From NCBI GenBank assembly GCA_024679065.1, contig JAGIQG010000002.1, forward strand, positions 96,100,001 through 96,164,000: a stretch of 64,000 nucleotides of DNA, written 5' to 3'. Below, one piece after another: positions 25,725 to 38,400 of the stretch. Source of the stretch: Sphyrna mokarran. Lineage: Eukaryota. A program made the translations under genes and the position numbers. Each line of letters starts with the position of its first letter. The first letter of the stretch is position 1. The notes beneath the pieces were generated by a model. The model was given only the letters and a program-made list of their open reading frames with translations. It searched no databases and had not been told where the DNA came from.

Positions 25725-28584
25725 CCGCGTCTAACAAATATGAAAATGTCGCCTCACGAATGGCACGCCTTGTTACTTAACAAAGACTGTCAATGTATAA
25801 GATTAATAAGAAATAAAATGCACACGGTGTCACTTTTCGGTCACTTCCAAACTTAGCTTAGCGTATCCCTTACGAAATCTCGTTTCATTGAATAAAATCT
25901 TTTGTTTTGTTTCCCGTGTTGAAGTCCAATAAACGCACAGTTGTGCAGCTCTGTGGGATGTGGTGCAAGCCTGCTCGAAGATGTATCTTCGAAATGTGCC
26001 ATTTTATTTGTTTTATTTTGTTTGTGAGCTGGACACCGGCTGTTTCAGCCATATGCCCCAGATAGAATTGGAAACAATCAGATTTTCATCATGGTACAAT
26101 CTATCTGATAAATCCTGACCCGTGCTGATGGACTCAGTCGGTAAATGAAGAAATTATGACACTCCTCATCATCTAAACTACTGATTTGCTGTTCGGAGGG
26201 GAACTTAAACTGGTAATGTCTAATTTCTGATTTATTAAACCGCGAAACAAATCCCCCCTCCCACGCACATAACTTGACTAATCTTTTTATGTAAAACCGA
26301 TTTCCTCATCTCGACACTCTCTAAAGTATAAATTTGATATAAACTCTTAAAACATACACGTTTTGCAAATGTCGTAAAACGCGTTAACTTTGCCTTTCGC
26401 TTTAAAATGGCTGTAAATCTACCCTTGCAGTAAAAATGTCAAATGTACACGCAGGCGAGGTAACTCTTGGGGGTCCTGGCTCCATCGCTGTTTATTATGA
26501 AAAAAAACTGCAGAGGCGAATGACCTGCATTTGCTGGTCAAGTAATGCCTTATGTATATGCGATAAGAACCTTTATTTTGCACTTTTCTACAAAGCGCTT
26601 AAATACACAAATTGATCCAGCTAATTATTCGACTGCGCTGTTTAGAGGCAAGTTACGTGGTCAGAGGAAAGAAGATGCATCCCATGCCTGTCAAAGAGAG
26701 AGAAAAGCACATTTTGGGAGTTAAATGTCTTGGGCAGGCTTTTCTAAGCAAAAATAAAGTTTTTAGCAAAATCATTTGGATCCGTTTACATTATAAGACT
26801 TTCGCAGTGTTTAAAATATATTCTGAATGATGTAAATATAAACATTTACACAAAATGTCCTTGGTGAATACAATAAAATTGTGCAAAATATTAGCACTGT
26901 TTCCATGCAGATTTTCCCTTTGTATAGTGAGTGGTGGAAACAAACATCTGTTAATTACACTGGAAGTCAATTAATTTTGCTGTTCGATACTAAGTTGAAA
27001 GCATTCTAATGGACGATTATTCTGCGCATTAAAGCAAGGTAGTTGGTAAATGCACCCCAGAAACAATGTGCTGTGATTGTTGAAGAAGGTTCAGTCTGAG
27101 TAAACGTTAGCTTCTGTGCCCGGATACAGTATATCGTCCAAACATTAAAACATTATGATGCATTCTTGATTGACAAGAACTCATGTTGTGAATCGATTAT
27201 ATTTCAGGGAAGAAGGCGTATTGCATATGGCTACCTTGAAAAAAATAATATGCATGCACCCAAATTGTCACTTTCCTATTTGGTAAATTTCATTCTGCGG
27301 ACCATTTGGTGTGGATAAGAATTCAAATCTAAAATATTATACAATTTTAATCACATTAAGTTATATGACCAGCCAATTAGCTTGCGTTTTTTTAACGACA
27401 GGTTATTTTTACTTCTTCTGAAAGGAAGTCAACATTAGAAGGCTTTATCAATTATTGCTGGTATATTTTGAGTTTCTGAAACGGATTACGTTTCTTGATA
27501 TAACAAATCATACTGCATGCAGATTTAATTATGTGGTTGTAGTAGGGCACCTGAAATAGAATTGACGCATTTAACATTCAGTTATTAAGTATGTTTGAAA
27601 GGAGCGGTTTGTTCAAAATTCAAATAAACAATCAAAAAAACGTTTGTCAATGCTTTGGAATAGAGTTCTATGCAAATGAACCGTTTCACTGAATAGTTGT
27701 GATTTGTGCATTTTTAAAAGATAATATAATTAGTATCTAGTTTTATTGGGTATCTCGACTAACAAAATGTTCGTTCCCATCGTTTTACTTTATGAAGATC
27801 AATTAAAGCAGATCTGGAAAAAATCTAATAGTAGAGTATTTCATTAGATAAGTCACATTACAATCGAACAATTAAATGATAGCATTTTTAAAGAAGATTT
27901 ATTACGCCAACGGTCTCAATTGATTACATAACGTTTATGTACATTTGCAGTGTATGGACAAAATTCTTCACTGTTGCCTGAGTTATTTAACACTTCGACC
28001 TGTACTTTGAATGTGCATTAAGTTCTTCAAACAGGTTTTCGATATGATCTAGGATTTTAAATTACTCGTATTTTGACAACCAAAGCAGGTATTTTCGCAA
28101 TTTTGTGGGAATTCTTCTTGTAAACGATGCATCTTGGAATGCCTTTGACAGCAACCCTGCACTAGAAAGGACAAGCAAGTGTGTTGAACTCTCGTAATTA
28201 TTTTCCCAATTGTTTAATCCAAACCGCACCTCCTCCCCCCCACCACGAAAGCACTGAACCGTGTTATGTTGTACAGAAACATTCGTAGAAAAGGGTAAAC
28301 TATTTCAGACGATAACAGATCTCTATTTAATACTGTCTTGTGATGTTTTCTCCGTCAACATGCATTTGCAAATATTTGCATTCGATAAAACATCATAATA
28401 TCATTACCCATTTTAGATTATTTTAAAATGAGTGTCTTCCTAGTTGTTTGAATTTTCTTTTTCTATGCTACAATATAATTTCAGGGGAAACGAGATTTTG
28501 AATGATAATATGGAATTTTTGACTGGAGTCCATGCATTCATCATTGGTGTATTTCCTTATCCGGGACCCACAGCCACTCACCCC

Positions 28585-28703
28585 ATTGGCTGCTTGCATC
28601 ACATGAACAGCTAACTTTATACACTTGACAGCAAGTAGGAGGGTTTTATGGAACAGAAAAACGACAACGCGAGAAAAATTAGTATTTTGCACTTCAGAAA
28701 TTA
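28585..28703 (+). promoter_or_regulatory. Hoxa4 proximal promoter (NF-Y/USF type) and leader
   Basis: ATTGG(28585)-N10-CACATG(28600), TTTATA, then the conserved Hox4 leader GGAGGGTTTTATGG...CAGAAATTAATG. Confidence 0.7.
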
Positions 28704-29121
28704 ATGACCATGAGTTCGTTTTTGATAAACTCCAACTACGTTGAGCCAAAATTTCCACCTTGTGAGGAATATTCTCAAAATAACTACATACCAAGCCAAT
28801 CTCCTGAATACTACGAGCGGCCGCGGGACCCTGGATTCCATCATGAGGCACTATACCCACAATCAAACTACCCAGAGCCGACCTACAGCTTCAACAATGT
28901 CCAAGGCACTGGCAACCAAGACATGTCGCAAAGGGGTCATGTGCAGTCGCAGGCTAGCCTCCAAAATCACATACCGAGACAGAATCAGCTTTGTGAAGTG
29001 GTCCCAATAGCCACACCAGCTTTGTGTAGCCAGAATGCGAAAACCCCCACTGCCCAGAAAGGTACTCTCAGCAAAGAGCCCATAGTTTACCCGTGGATGA
29101 AGAAAATTCACGTTACTACCG
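28704..29121 (+). CDS. hoxa4: Hox-A4, coding exon 1
   Basis: MTMSSFLINSNYVEPKFPPCEEY (PG4, HoxA-type EPKFPP); VYPWMKKIHV; donor G|GTAAGT at 29122. A second in-frame ATG at 28710 has a better context. Confidence 0.96.
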
Positions 29122-29206
29122 GTAAGTAACTAAAGCTAACTGAAACAATTAAAATTCAATTGAAATCGGATGTGCGGAATCCTTTCTGTAACTAGCCCTT
29201 TCATGA

Positions 29207-29262
29207 GATTTACGATCACCTAACTGTTAGGTCGGTAATTACAGCGCCCATAAATTTCATTG
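29207..29262. promoter_or_regulatory. Hoxa4 intronic HB-1/CB1-type element
   Basis: GATTTACGATC...GGTAATTACA...CCCATAAATTTCATTG, the homeodomain site cluster typical of Hox4 introns. Confidence 0.65.
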
Positions 29263-29469
29263 CCCTGGATCTTGCTCCTGGCCATGTGTCTTTGATGCTT
29301 TTCTAACCTAAATACCCAGAGCCATTTTATTGCAGTAGATTGTTCGTCGTTGTCAGAACACTTTGAGAAAAGTCTTGTCTTTTAGAACCTTCATTCACGT
29401 GCATCTAATCCCATTGTCAGATTCGTGGCTGTATCTGTATTTATGTTTGGTTACTTTTGTTTTGTTCAG

Positions 29470-29795
29470 TGAACCCAAATTACACTGGAGGAGAGCCCAA
29501 ACGGTCTCGAACTGCTTACACGAGACAACAAGTCTTAGAGCTGGAGAAGGAGTTCCATTTTAACCGTTACCTAACCAGGCGTCGACGCATTGAGATTGCA
29601 CACACTCTTTGCCTGTCTGAACGCCAGGTGAAGATCTGGTTTCAGAACAGAAGGATGAAATGGAAGAAAGATCATAAACTGCCTAATACTAAGATGCGTT
29701 CTGCTAGCTCATCATCTTCTACAAGCCAGCAAACACAAGTATCCTCCCAGGGCCCACAGCCAGATGGTTCAGCACCAAATTCATCAAGCCTATAG
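29470..29795 (+). CDS. hoxa4: Hox-A4, coding exon 2 (homeodomain); spliced protein 247 aa
   Basis: Acceptor tttgttcag at 29469; [29 protein letters not shown]...[13 protein letters not shown]. Confidence 0.96.
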
Positions 29796-32400
29796 CTGCT
29801 TCGACTCTCCAACCCCTCTCCCACAACATAGTTTGGACCAAAATGTGTCTGCCACATAACTGACTTGAATGTGGAGGGATTTTTTGCAGTGAGAATTTTT
29901 TTCCAGGGTAGATGCTGTTAACCCCAAAAAGGGCAAGCATTTATGTTGTGTTAACCCATTCTCTGCAGACCTTCAACGTGTTTTCTGTTTGATTGGGTGC
30001 ATTCTGTATCCTTCATTACCTCCACATGAACTGATGCTAGGTTCTGTCAAAGTGGCTTCTTCCACGATATTCAAAGGAAAGAGATAAAAACGGAGACTGA
30101 ATAATAGATATTGTGAGGAAATGTAAGCGTCATAATCACAACTAGTGTAGTCTGTTGGAATATTTGTGAGAATTTAAGAATAAATCTGTTTTAGAATATG
30201 AGAAAGGCAGCAATATGTGTGGATGTGGAAATGGTTTTAGAGCAAATAAACTGTCCCAGATGCTACATATATAGGAAATAAATTATGTCGCCAGCGTTAT
30301 TTAAGGTGTTTTTATTTTAAACCTGTATCCTCTATATAGTCGTGTTACTGATATCAGTATAACGAATGTGCAAGGATCTTATCCAGAGATTTCAAACGAG
30401 TGGTTGTATATTTAACAATTTTGGTACAGTCCAAACTGTGACGAAACCGTACAAATCATTGGTAAGATTTGTGTATTTTTCTGTGGATATTTCAGTGTGC
30501 TATGTGCAGTGCCAAATGTTGCTAAAACGAAAGACATAAACGACAGTGTAAAAATGAAAGCCCTGGGCTTTAAATAAAATGTTAATTCGTGGACCATCTC
30601 AGTTCTTATGTGTACGATTTACTTCAGTCAAGATTTAGCGAACACATGGCGAATTACTTTTTCGACTCAAAAACGTGGCTATGCATTCAATTGACCTGTT
30701 TTGAATATATTCACATCCTTACTTTCAAACTAAAGCAATTTAACCTCCTCCCCCCACCGCCCATCAGCCGCTCCCCCAACCCCCCACCCCACCCCCCCCT
30801 TAACCGCATCTCGACCCCCACACTGCAAAATATCTGGTGGTTCTGAAGAATAACTGAGCGAAAGAGGTTAAATTACTGCATGGATCTACAATTCATCTTT
30901 CTACAGCCTTTCCACATCAAGTTCTACGTCACCGAGTCGTAAATAATGCAGTAAAATGTGAGGCGATCAAATAATAAGTCGTCTATAAGGTGGCGAACAC
31001 GGCCTTCTGTGGCCCTAGATGCTATTATTCTGGTCCTGGAATAAAGTGTAACCATGTGGGATTATTTTTAATTTGCATCCTGTTGTGCTGTCTCGTACTT
31101 TACATTATTTAACGTGGTAATGACATTCCAAATATAAAAAAAATGTTTATTTTATTATTTGTAATATATGGCCAATAAAATATAAACTGCAGGACTAAAT
31201 ATTCGAATATATTGCTGTGACTTCATTTTGTTAATCTTGGGGAATGGGCGCTAAACAATTAAATAGTCACTTAATTGAACATAAAATTGTAGCTAGTGAC
31301 TTCTGGCATTGTAGACGATGATAATTCTAGTATGGTCCATGTTATTGATTGGTTGAAGACAGCACAAACATCAGGGTCCCTGAAAAAAATAGTGGACATC
31401 GGAGGCTTCATTGTATCGTAAACAATGCACTTCTTTATAAACATCTTAGTGATTTTGATACTTCTGTATGTTCGAGCAACCTTTTAAAGCTCACAGCATG
31501 AAAATTCGTTAATATTTTTTCTTCTCCTATTCAAATTGTACATAGACTAGGTATAAACACTACCAAGGCACAGAACGCATCACGTTAGTGATGAGCAAAA
31601 TGCACGTATGCTGTTCCTCTTAAAACTTGTTTAGAACTGAAATACCCTGGCATTATGTAAAATCACGCACAAATACTATTGTCCGAATTTTCGATACGGA
31701 TTATACTGAAATTTCACATTTAGCTCCTTGAGAGAAAAAAACTCTGCTCGCTGCTGTAGAAATATTTTGTTCTTTTCTTACGATTAGCAAACAACAACTG
31801 CTAGCATGATCAGCATAGACATTCGTAAATACGTTTTGGATAACGATTTAGGACGACTGGAAAGACAAAGAATCGGACGATGAGAAAATTCGCCCCCATT
31901 AGTCAGTCGTGCTTGCTTATCTGTAAGAGGAATTTTAAACAGATTGAAAATACCAGATTTTGCTCGGAATCATTAATCACCTCATTCAATAAATACTTCT
32001 TTGTATACTTCAACAGCAAGTCTGAAGGGCGCTCTTTTGGAAAAGTGTGTGGACACATTGGATTCTCTTGAATAAAATGTGACCATCTCGACGAGCACCA
32101 TGTTTTTCCCCCCTTGGAACAATCCTGGAGTTGCTTGCTGGCATTTTTTATTACCACAGAAAATTATAAGCACATATAGTCAAAGGGAAAGGTAATTTAT
32201 TTTATTCCAAGTCAGTTTTGAAAAGGAAAAGTTTATTAAAACTTATCCCTCAAATGACCAAACTTTAGGCGCCTTTAGCAAATGAAAACCCGCTTGCATC
32301 TTTATTTTCTTTCTCTTTGATGTTTTTGGTTTATTGTAAATCGAACGGTCTTTTGTAATAAAAAGTTGCATTGTTTGTCAACGGCTGGGCAACCAGAGCG

Positions 32401-32417
32401 AGTTCACCAAGAGGACA
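32401..32417 (+). promoter_or_regulatory. DR5 RARE, Hoxa4 3' neural enhancer type
   Basis: AGTTCA-ccaag-AGGACA, 2.6 kb 3' of the Hoxa4 stop; the AGGACA second half-site matches the known Hox4 3' RAREs. Extra half-sites TGACCC (32456) and TGACCT (32472) lie nearby. Confidence 0.8.
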
Positions 32418-35400
32418 GATTTTCTGACCGATTAGCCGCTTTTAGCGATGCAGTCTGACCCCTCAAACCCTTGACCTTTAAAAAGATGGACAGTGCTCTT
32501 TCCACTATTTCCTATGCCTGCACATTGGGGTTAAAAATGTAGCTTGTTATTAAAAAAAACCTACAAAAAGTCCCAAATAACTTGTCTTTTTTTTAAAAAA
32601 ATCGTATTTAAATATGCGGCGATACAAAGAGCAAAGTTTATATACTTCTGTGTATAGGTCTGTGTATATATGTACATATACATTATGTGTGTGCACATAC
32701 AGTGTCGTTTGCTGTGTGGGACGTGCTTGTGAAAAGAGCGTTTGATAATAATTTATACCCAAGTTGCAAAACACAACCCTTGTGCGTTGTGAGAAACAAT
32801 GCCTATTTTAAATGGGTTGGTTAATAACATTTTTGTAGTTAAAAGTTGTCATGATTTAAAAGACCCAATCCCTCACTTGTTACAGTGAGATGATTCTCTT
32901 ATTAAGGAGTCTTCATTGTTCTGATTATTGAATAGAGGAATAATCAGTATGTTTTCTATCAAATACAAATTTGCTTTCCATGAACTATATCTGCACTAAT
33001 AGCTCTTTGAGGCCAGTATCTTGAAAATTCATAAGTAATTAATTTAATAAAATGCAGCATTTCTTTTGTTTTACGCTTGTGAAAATGTATGACTTAATTA
33101 AAATCAAAACACGACAGTGTGAGTTTAAAGCGCATCTAAACCAGTGAAAGATTGTCACCAATCATAAAAACTCATTGTGTGTATTCTAATCAACTATTTC
33201 TACAACGCAATGTTCGTTATTACCCTTAAAAAGACCAATCTATGCATCACCGTAATTATGGGCTCTCACTTGCTAGACACAATGCAAAATCTAATCCACA
33301 TTTGAGTGGTATAATAAAATATTGACTGTGGCTAGTGAGGGTCGATTTGGTGTCAAATTTAACAGCCTTGGGGGGGATGTAAAGTCATATATGAAAGAGT
33401 TAGTCTTACATGTGACTGTTATATATGCGGGTTACTGTAACACTAAGCTTCAATATCAAACTGTCAGGCGGACAATAAAGACAGCTTGAAGAAATGCTCA
33501 AGAATATTGGACTGAGGCTGTTCGAACTATAGGTGACACAAATGGCAGACCTGTCAAATCTGAGATCAAGGCAGGCCAGTCATTTTTGCATTATCACTTA
33601 CCAGTAAACATCCAAAGACCAAAAGAAAACCAGGACAATAAAGATTCAACTAAGAAGGGGAGCAAAAAGGGGAAAAAATACTCCACACTCCAAGATAAAG
33701 GGTCACGCGTCTCCTCTGTGTATGTATTGAAATTTTAATCTCCCCAGTCACGTGACTCATTAAATAATTAATGCACCCGGTCCGGAATAGATATGTAGTC
33801 GTCAGTATTCGCACTAGATCTGTTTCAGTCTGATGTGAAAATGAACTTTCCTTAAAAATAAGTCTATAATTGGAAGACTTGTCTCGGAAAAGGAAGAGGC
33901 ACAACTCAGGCACGAATTGTGGTGAGTAGTGTCTTTATGAGCAGTGTTTTATTCTGTTAATGTTTTTACCTTTTTATTTCTTAATACTGTCATAAATGTG
34001 ATGAATAGCGCCCTTTAGTATTCAGATTTAAATCACGGCATGTCTGTGATGGTGTTTAGTCAGTCTCTCGCGTGTCAGTAATATTTTAGATTTTTTTCAT
34101 GATTAATTGCAACAAATACAAACACATATGATGATGTTCTAGTTCACAGTATGTATGCCTGGATACCACGGTGTAGCTGTGCTGCTTTGTTCAATTTTCC
34201 TGTCGTTAATAAATCACCATCTCTTACATGCGCAGGGCTGAGAGGCAACTGTAGGCAGCAGCGTTTGGAAATGAAGAGGCATAAGCTAAATTCCTCTATG
34301 ATTCATTAATTTGAGCGATTTACAATAAGTGGCAGAGTTATGGTGCTCCAACAAATGCACTAACATATGTAATTCTGAGCAAAGTGAAGCACTTATTCTG
34401 CCTGTCTACTGTTTGGCTTAGGCATAGAAATAATGTGCAACTATCAGCCGGAAAAAACATAGAAGACTAAAGGATGTACAGAAACACCTGTATTTATTGT
34501 AGTGATTTAGGACAAATTAGTGATTCTCTTATTTTCATAATATTGTATTCATTTATTTCCATGGTGATCTGGTATAATCTCTGAACTCGTAAGGACGCAG
34601 TTTGTCCTCTTGAATGAATATATTTGTTCTTCGCAAAGATCTTACTCCTATTTAATAGATGCATTTGATGTTGGTACCTGCCGAAAGTAGATCCAGAAAC
34701 GTGCATTGTTTGCATTATAATTAAGTAGCACTCCTAATATTTACAATAAAAGATCATTAGTAAAAGTACATATCACTTAATTAAATGTCTCATCACTCCA
34801 GTCAAGTACATTTTATTATTCTCACTATTGGCTATGATCAATCAAAACAAGATAATTGCAATAGTGTAACGGCTGATACAATGTCTTCAGCTTCCGGGCC
34901 GGCATTCCAATGAACCACATCTGCAATTGGATGCACCTCCTGAAATCAGAACAATACGTTATGAGTTACTGTTTGGCAACTGCTTCACGATTATTTGTTT
35001 TTAACAACAATAAATGTACTCCTTTTAGGTCTAGGCCGTCTCTATCCAGAATCAAGACTCGTTCCAGGATAGTCTAATTGAGCATTAAGATGGTCTAAGA
35101 GCCCGAATTTGAAAGGTAAAATATTTTGCTTTGCTGGTGAATTCAGGTGGACTGGTTTTATCTTAGTGTAACAGGTGGCTTGGTGCTTGCAGTTCATCGG
35201 AATCAAAGAACACTAAATGAAAACGTAATTTATTTCTCCAACTCTGTTATAAGCTGAGAGGTTGCGTGCACTCCGCAGAGCTGTTCCCTTCCACGTTGAA
35301 ATGTATTACCCGGCTGCAAAAGGTAGTCATGGAGCCATTTGAGAGTGTCAGGTCGGTGGTTATTTAAAGGAACAAAAGCCTAGGGTAATTCCTTTGTTTC

Positions 35401-38400
35401 GGGTTCACAGCAGCCACTAAGAATTCATTGAGGCTGGAAACATAAAGCTTGATTTATTTAACAGGGAATATCATAAATACCATTTTTAAAGGAAAAACAA
35501 TTTTTTCTGTAACATCACCAAATAACACACATATATTTGTTCATTTTTAACTCTGTATATGAATTTGAACAACAACATTGGCTGGAGGAGGATCATAAAA
35601 ATATCTACTCTAATTGTGTATGGTTTGCTAATTTGTTGTCGTAAATATTGCGAAAATAAAAATTCACGTAACCACACTTGAAGGGCAGTATGCTTTGTAA
35701 AGCCATCTATTTATTTTTCATGGCATCCAAATGTCACCTCAAACCAATCTTTCTCAATGCTTGCGATAGCACGCAATCTCTATTCTATTTCCTTTGCACA
35801 TGAGACTAAACTGTAATCGGTAAAATGCAGTGAAGAGACCTGAAAGCCCTTGGTTGCAAGTGAACGTAAAATGTATCCAATTTCTTTATTTTATTATTAC
35901 CAGACTAACAAGGAATACCGAAGTAAGAACTTCTCTCCAGTTCCGTTTTCCCCACTTTTTGTACTGAGTGTAGATATCTAAATAGACAGACTTTCCATTA
36001 TGGTTTGTAATTTTATTCAAAGGCAAAATGCAATGCTTAAAGATAAATGTTATCTTTATATTCGACATAAGAAATCAGTTCAATATAAACTCTGGGCATG
36101 ATATAGTTAATAGGGCATCAAATGAAAATCACACCAAAATAATATTTTTAAAAATAATCTTTTAATAAAGAAAAGCAAATCCACAAATAAGAATCGACTA
36201 AGCACAGGCATGTAGAGCAAAGCGGTATACAAATCTTCCCTCCATTCCATAAATAGTATGTTCAGCAATATGTTGGTTAAAGGTAACACTTTTCCCGCAG
36301 ACAATACAAGCAAATAGTGTTGTTCGACTTTGTGAAGTTCCGGATTGGTAGGAATGCTCAAATTATCTGGTTAGTTGAAAGTGCCGTTTGATAAGTAGAG
36401 CAGTTTTATTGCATGGAATAAGGAGTGCAATAAATTACTCAGTCTTAATGCTTTGTTGTGATGGGTTTGTCAATTGCACCCGCATACAAAAATGATTTTC
36501 GTACAAGGCCACTCTTAAAATGAAAACAAACAGAATTTTACTGATACTTGGCTGGTTTATTTCTCGGATAGTTTCTGTATAAAGTTGATAGAATTTAGAT
36601 TAAAAGAAAGCAATTGTTTTCTTGCGGCCATTCGTTTCTTGGGGACATTTTCTCATGTTCCCAGCACTCAGTCTAATTTTATTCAGGTCAGCGTCCGCCT
36701 AAATCTTGCACCAGATCCTGTTTCCTAACTTTATTTCCCAGTCTCAAAGTCTAACATTTCCACTTTAAAGGGTGTATTTGTTCTGGAGAACAAAGACAAC
36801 GAAATAATATTCAACCGTGCTTAAACAGCGGGAGAAAATCGCTTAACTGTAGTTGCACGTTTGTCACAAAGTAATGTCTCAATGGACATTTAAAAGAACA
36901 ATAAAGAGTAAAATGAAACGTGTAGCGGTGGTTAGTGCTTAACGTGCGAACGCCACTTTCTCTGCCATGCTGCTCGGTTTTATCCTTACCTTCGCAATGC
37001 AATGGGACTTAGCTCTCCTCAACACTGGGGCAGCTGTTTTCCTAAATCAACACCGCTTAAATGCAATGCGAGCTTGCAAGCATACTATCCTAACAATGAA
37101 CCACAGAAACTTTATTGTATGTGCCTAATAACCAGATTTGATCCAGATTCTGCTAACAATTATTTTTAAGTCACGTGAACGGATTCCATAAGGTTTTTCT
37201 CCCCCCTCGATTTGACCCTGCTTGTTTGCTGGGCTGCTTTTTTCTCTCTCTCTCTCTTTAATGCTGAGATCTCACAGAAAACCAGTGTCCCAGACGCCTG
37301 CAGAAACCTGTAAGGCAATCAGTTCAGTATTTGCGAGGCGCCGGATCAGTGTTCAGGATTTAAATTTCCTTCTCCTGCTTTTCTGGCCTGAACAGGCTTT
37401 GCAGAAAGAGGAACTATCTCAAGTAAGCAGTGAGCAATATTTTTAAAACAGCCGGATAATCTGGAAAATGTAGAATCTGCAGGGTGCGTTGGAAATTTCC
37501 CCCTCTAAAGCACATTACCAATTTCGCAGCAGGCTTTATCCGTCCTTTGAGGCTGATTTGGATTTGGCTGAAATCTCAGGTAAGCTGTAAGATTCTTTGC
37601 AGTTCTAACTATTGGTCCATAGAACAATCCCCGGCCCATTTTTCAATTAATGCACAAAACCTGACCCAAGAGAAGCTATTGCTTATCACCTCAGCCGATT
37701 ATTTGTGTTTCCAGATTCTTCAACCTTTAGAATGGACACGTCGGTTATAGTTATTTCTTGGAACATTTTAAAGTTCACCTTTGCACTTTTTAAAAGTTTG
37801 TGCTGCTATTGCAATAATATCTTTAAATCAAAAATAGTCATTAGTTGCTAGGACAGAAGAACTATTTAACTTTCAACATTTTAACCCCAATATCTAACTA
37901 TGAGCCATGAGAGCTGTTTCCTTACTTTGATGGGTTCTACTTGTCCAGTACAAGTGTCCTAAATATATCTTCAAACTGTAGTCCCCGAATAGCCGATCTC
38001 GTCTGTCTCAATTTCAGAAGATTTCTTGCAAATTTCAAAGAAACCTGACGTACATTTTTGTCTGTGTTTGTTTATCTATCTTTCTATATACACATCTATT
38101 TATCTTTAAATATGTGCATACTTAAACGTATATGCATTTATTTACGTGTGTATATGCGTACATTATATGTCGAACTTTACTTGGTAGTGTTCATCAATTA
38201 TTCATTAATGTTTTACTTTGGGTGAAAGTTTAACCACGGCCTTTGTAAGACCATTGCATGGATTTTGTTCAAAGTGAAAATGTAGAAGGCTGTTAAATTT
38301 GCTGAGGTTGGGAGACCAATAAACTGGTCTTGTTTTGTACCCTGATACTTGGATTTGCTGTTATGATTAGAATTTAACTCAGTTCATTAAGAACCATACT

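Noticed and set aside
26415-26476. TACCCTTGCAG...TCTTGGGGG as another miR-10 remnant
   Set aside because: Only 6 nt match and the arms do not pair into a pre-miRNA stem.
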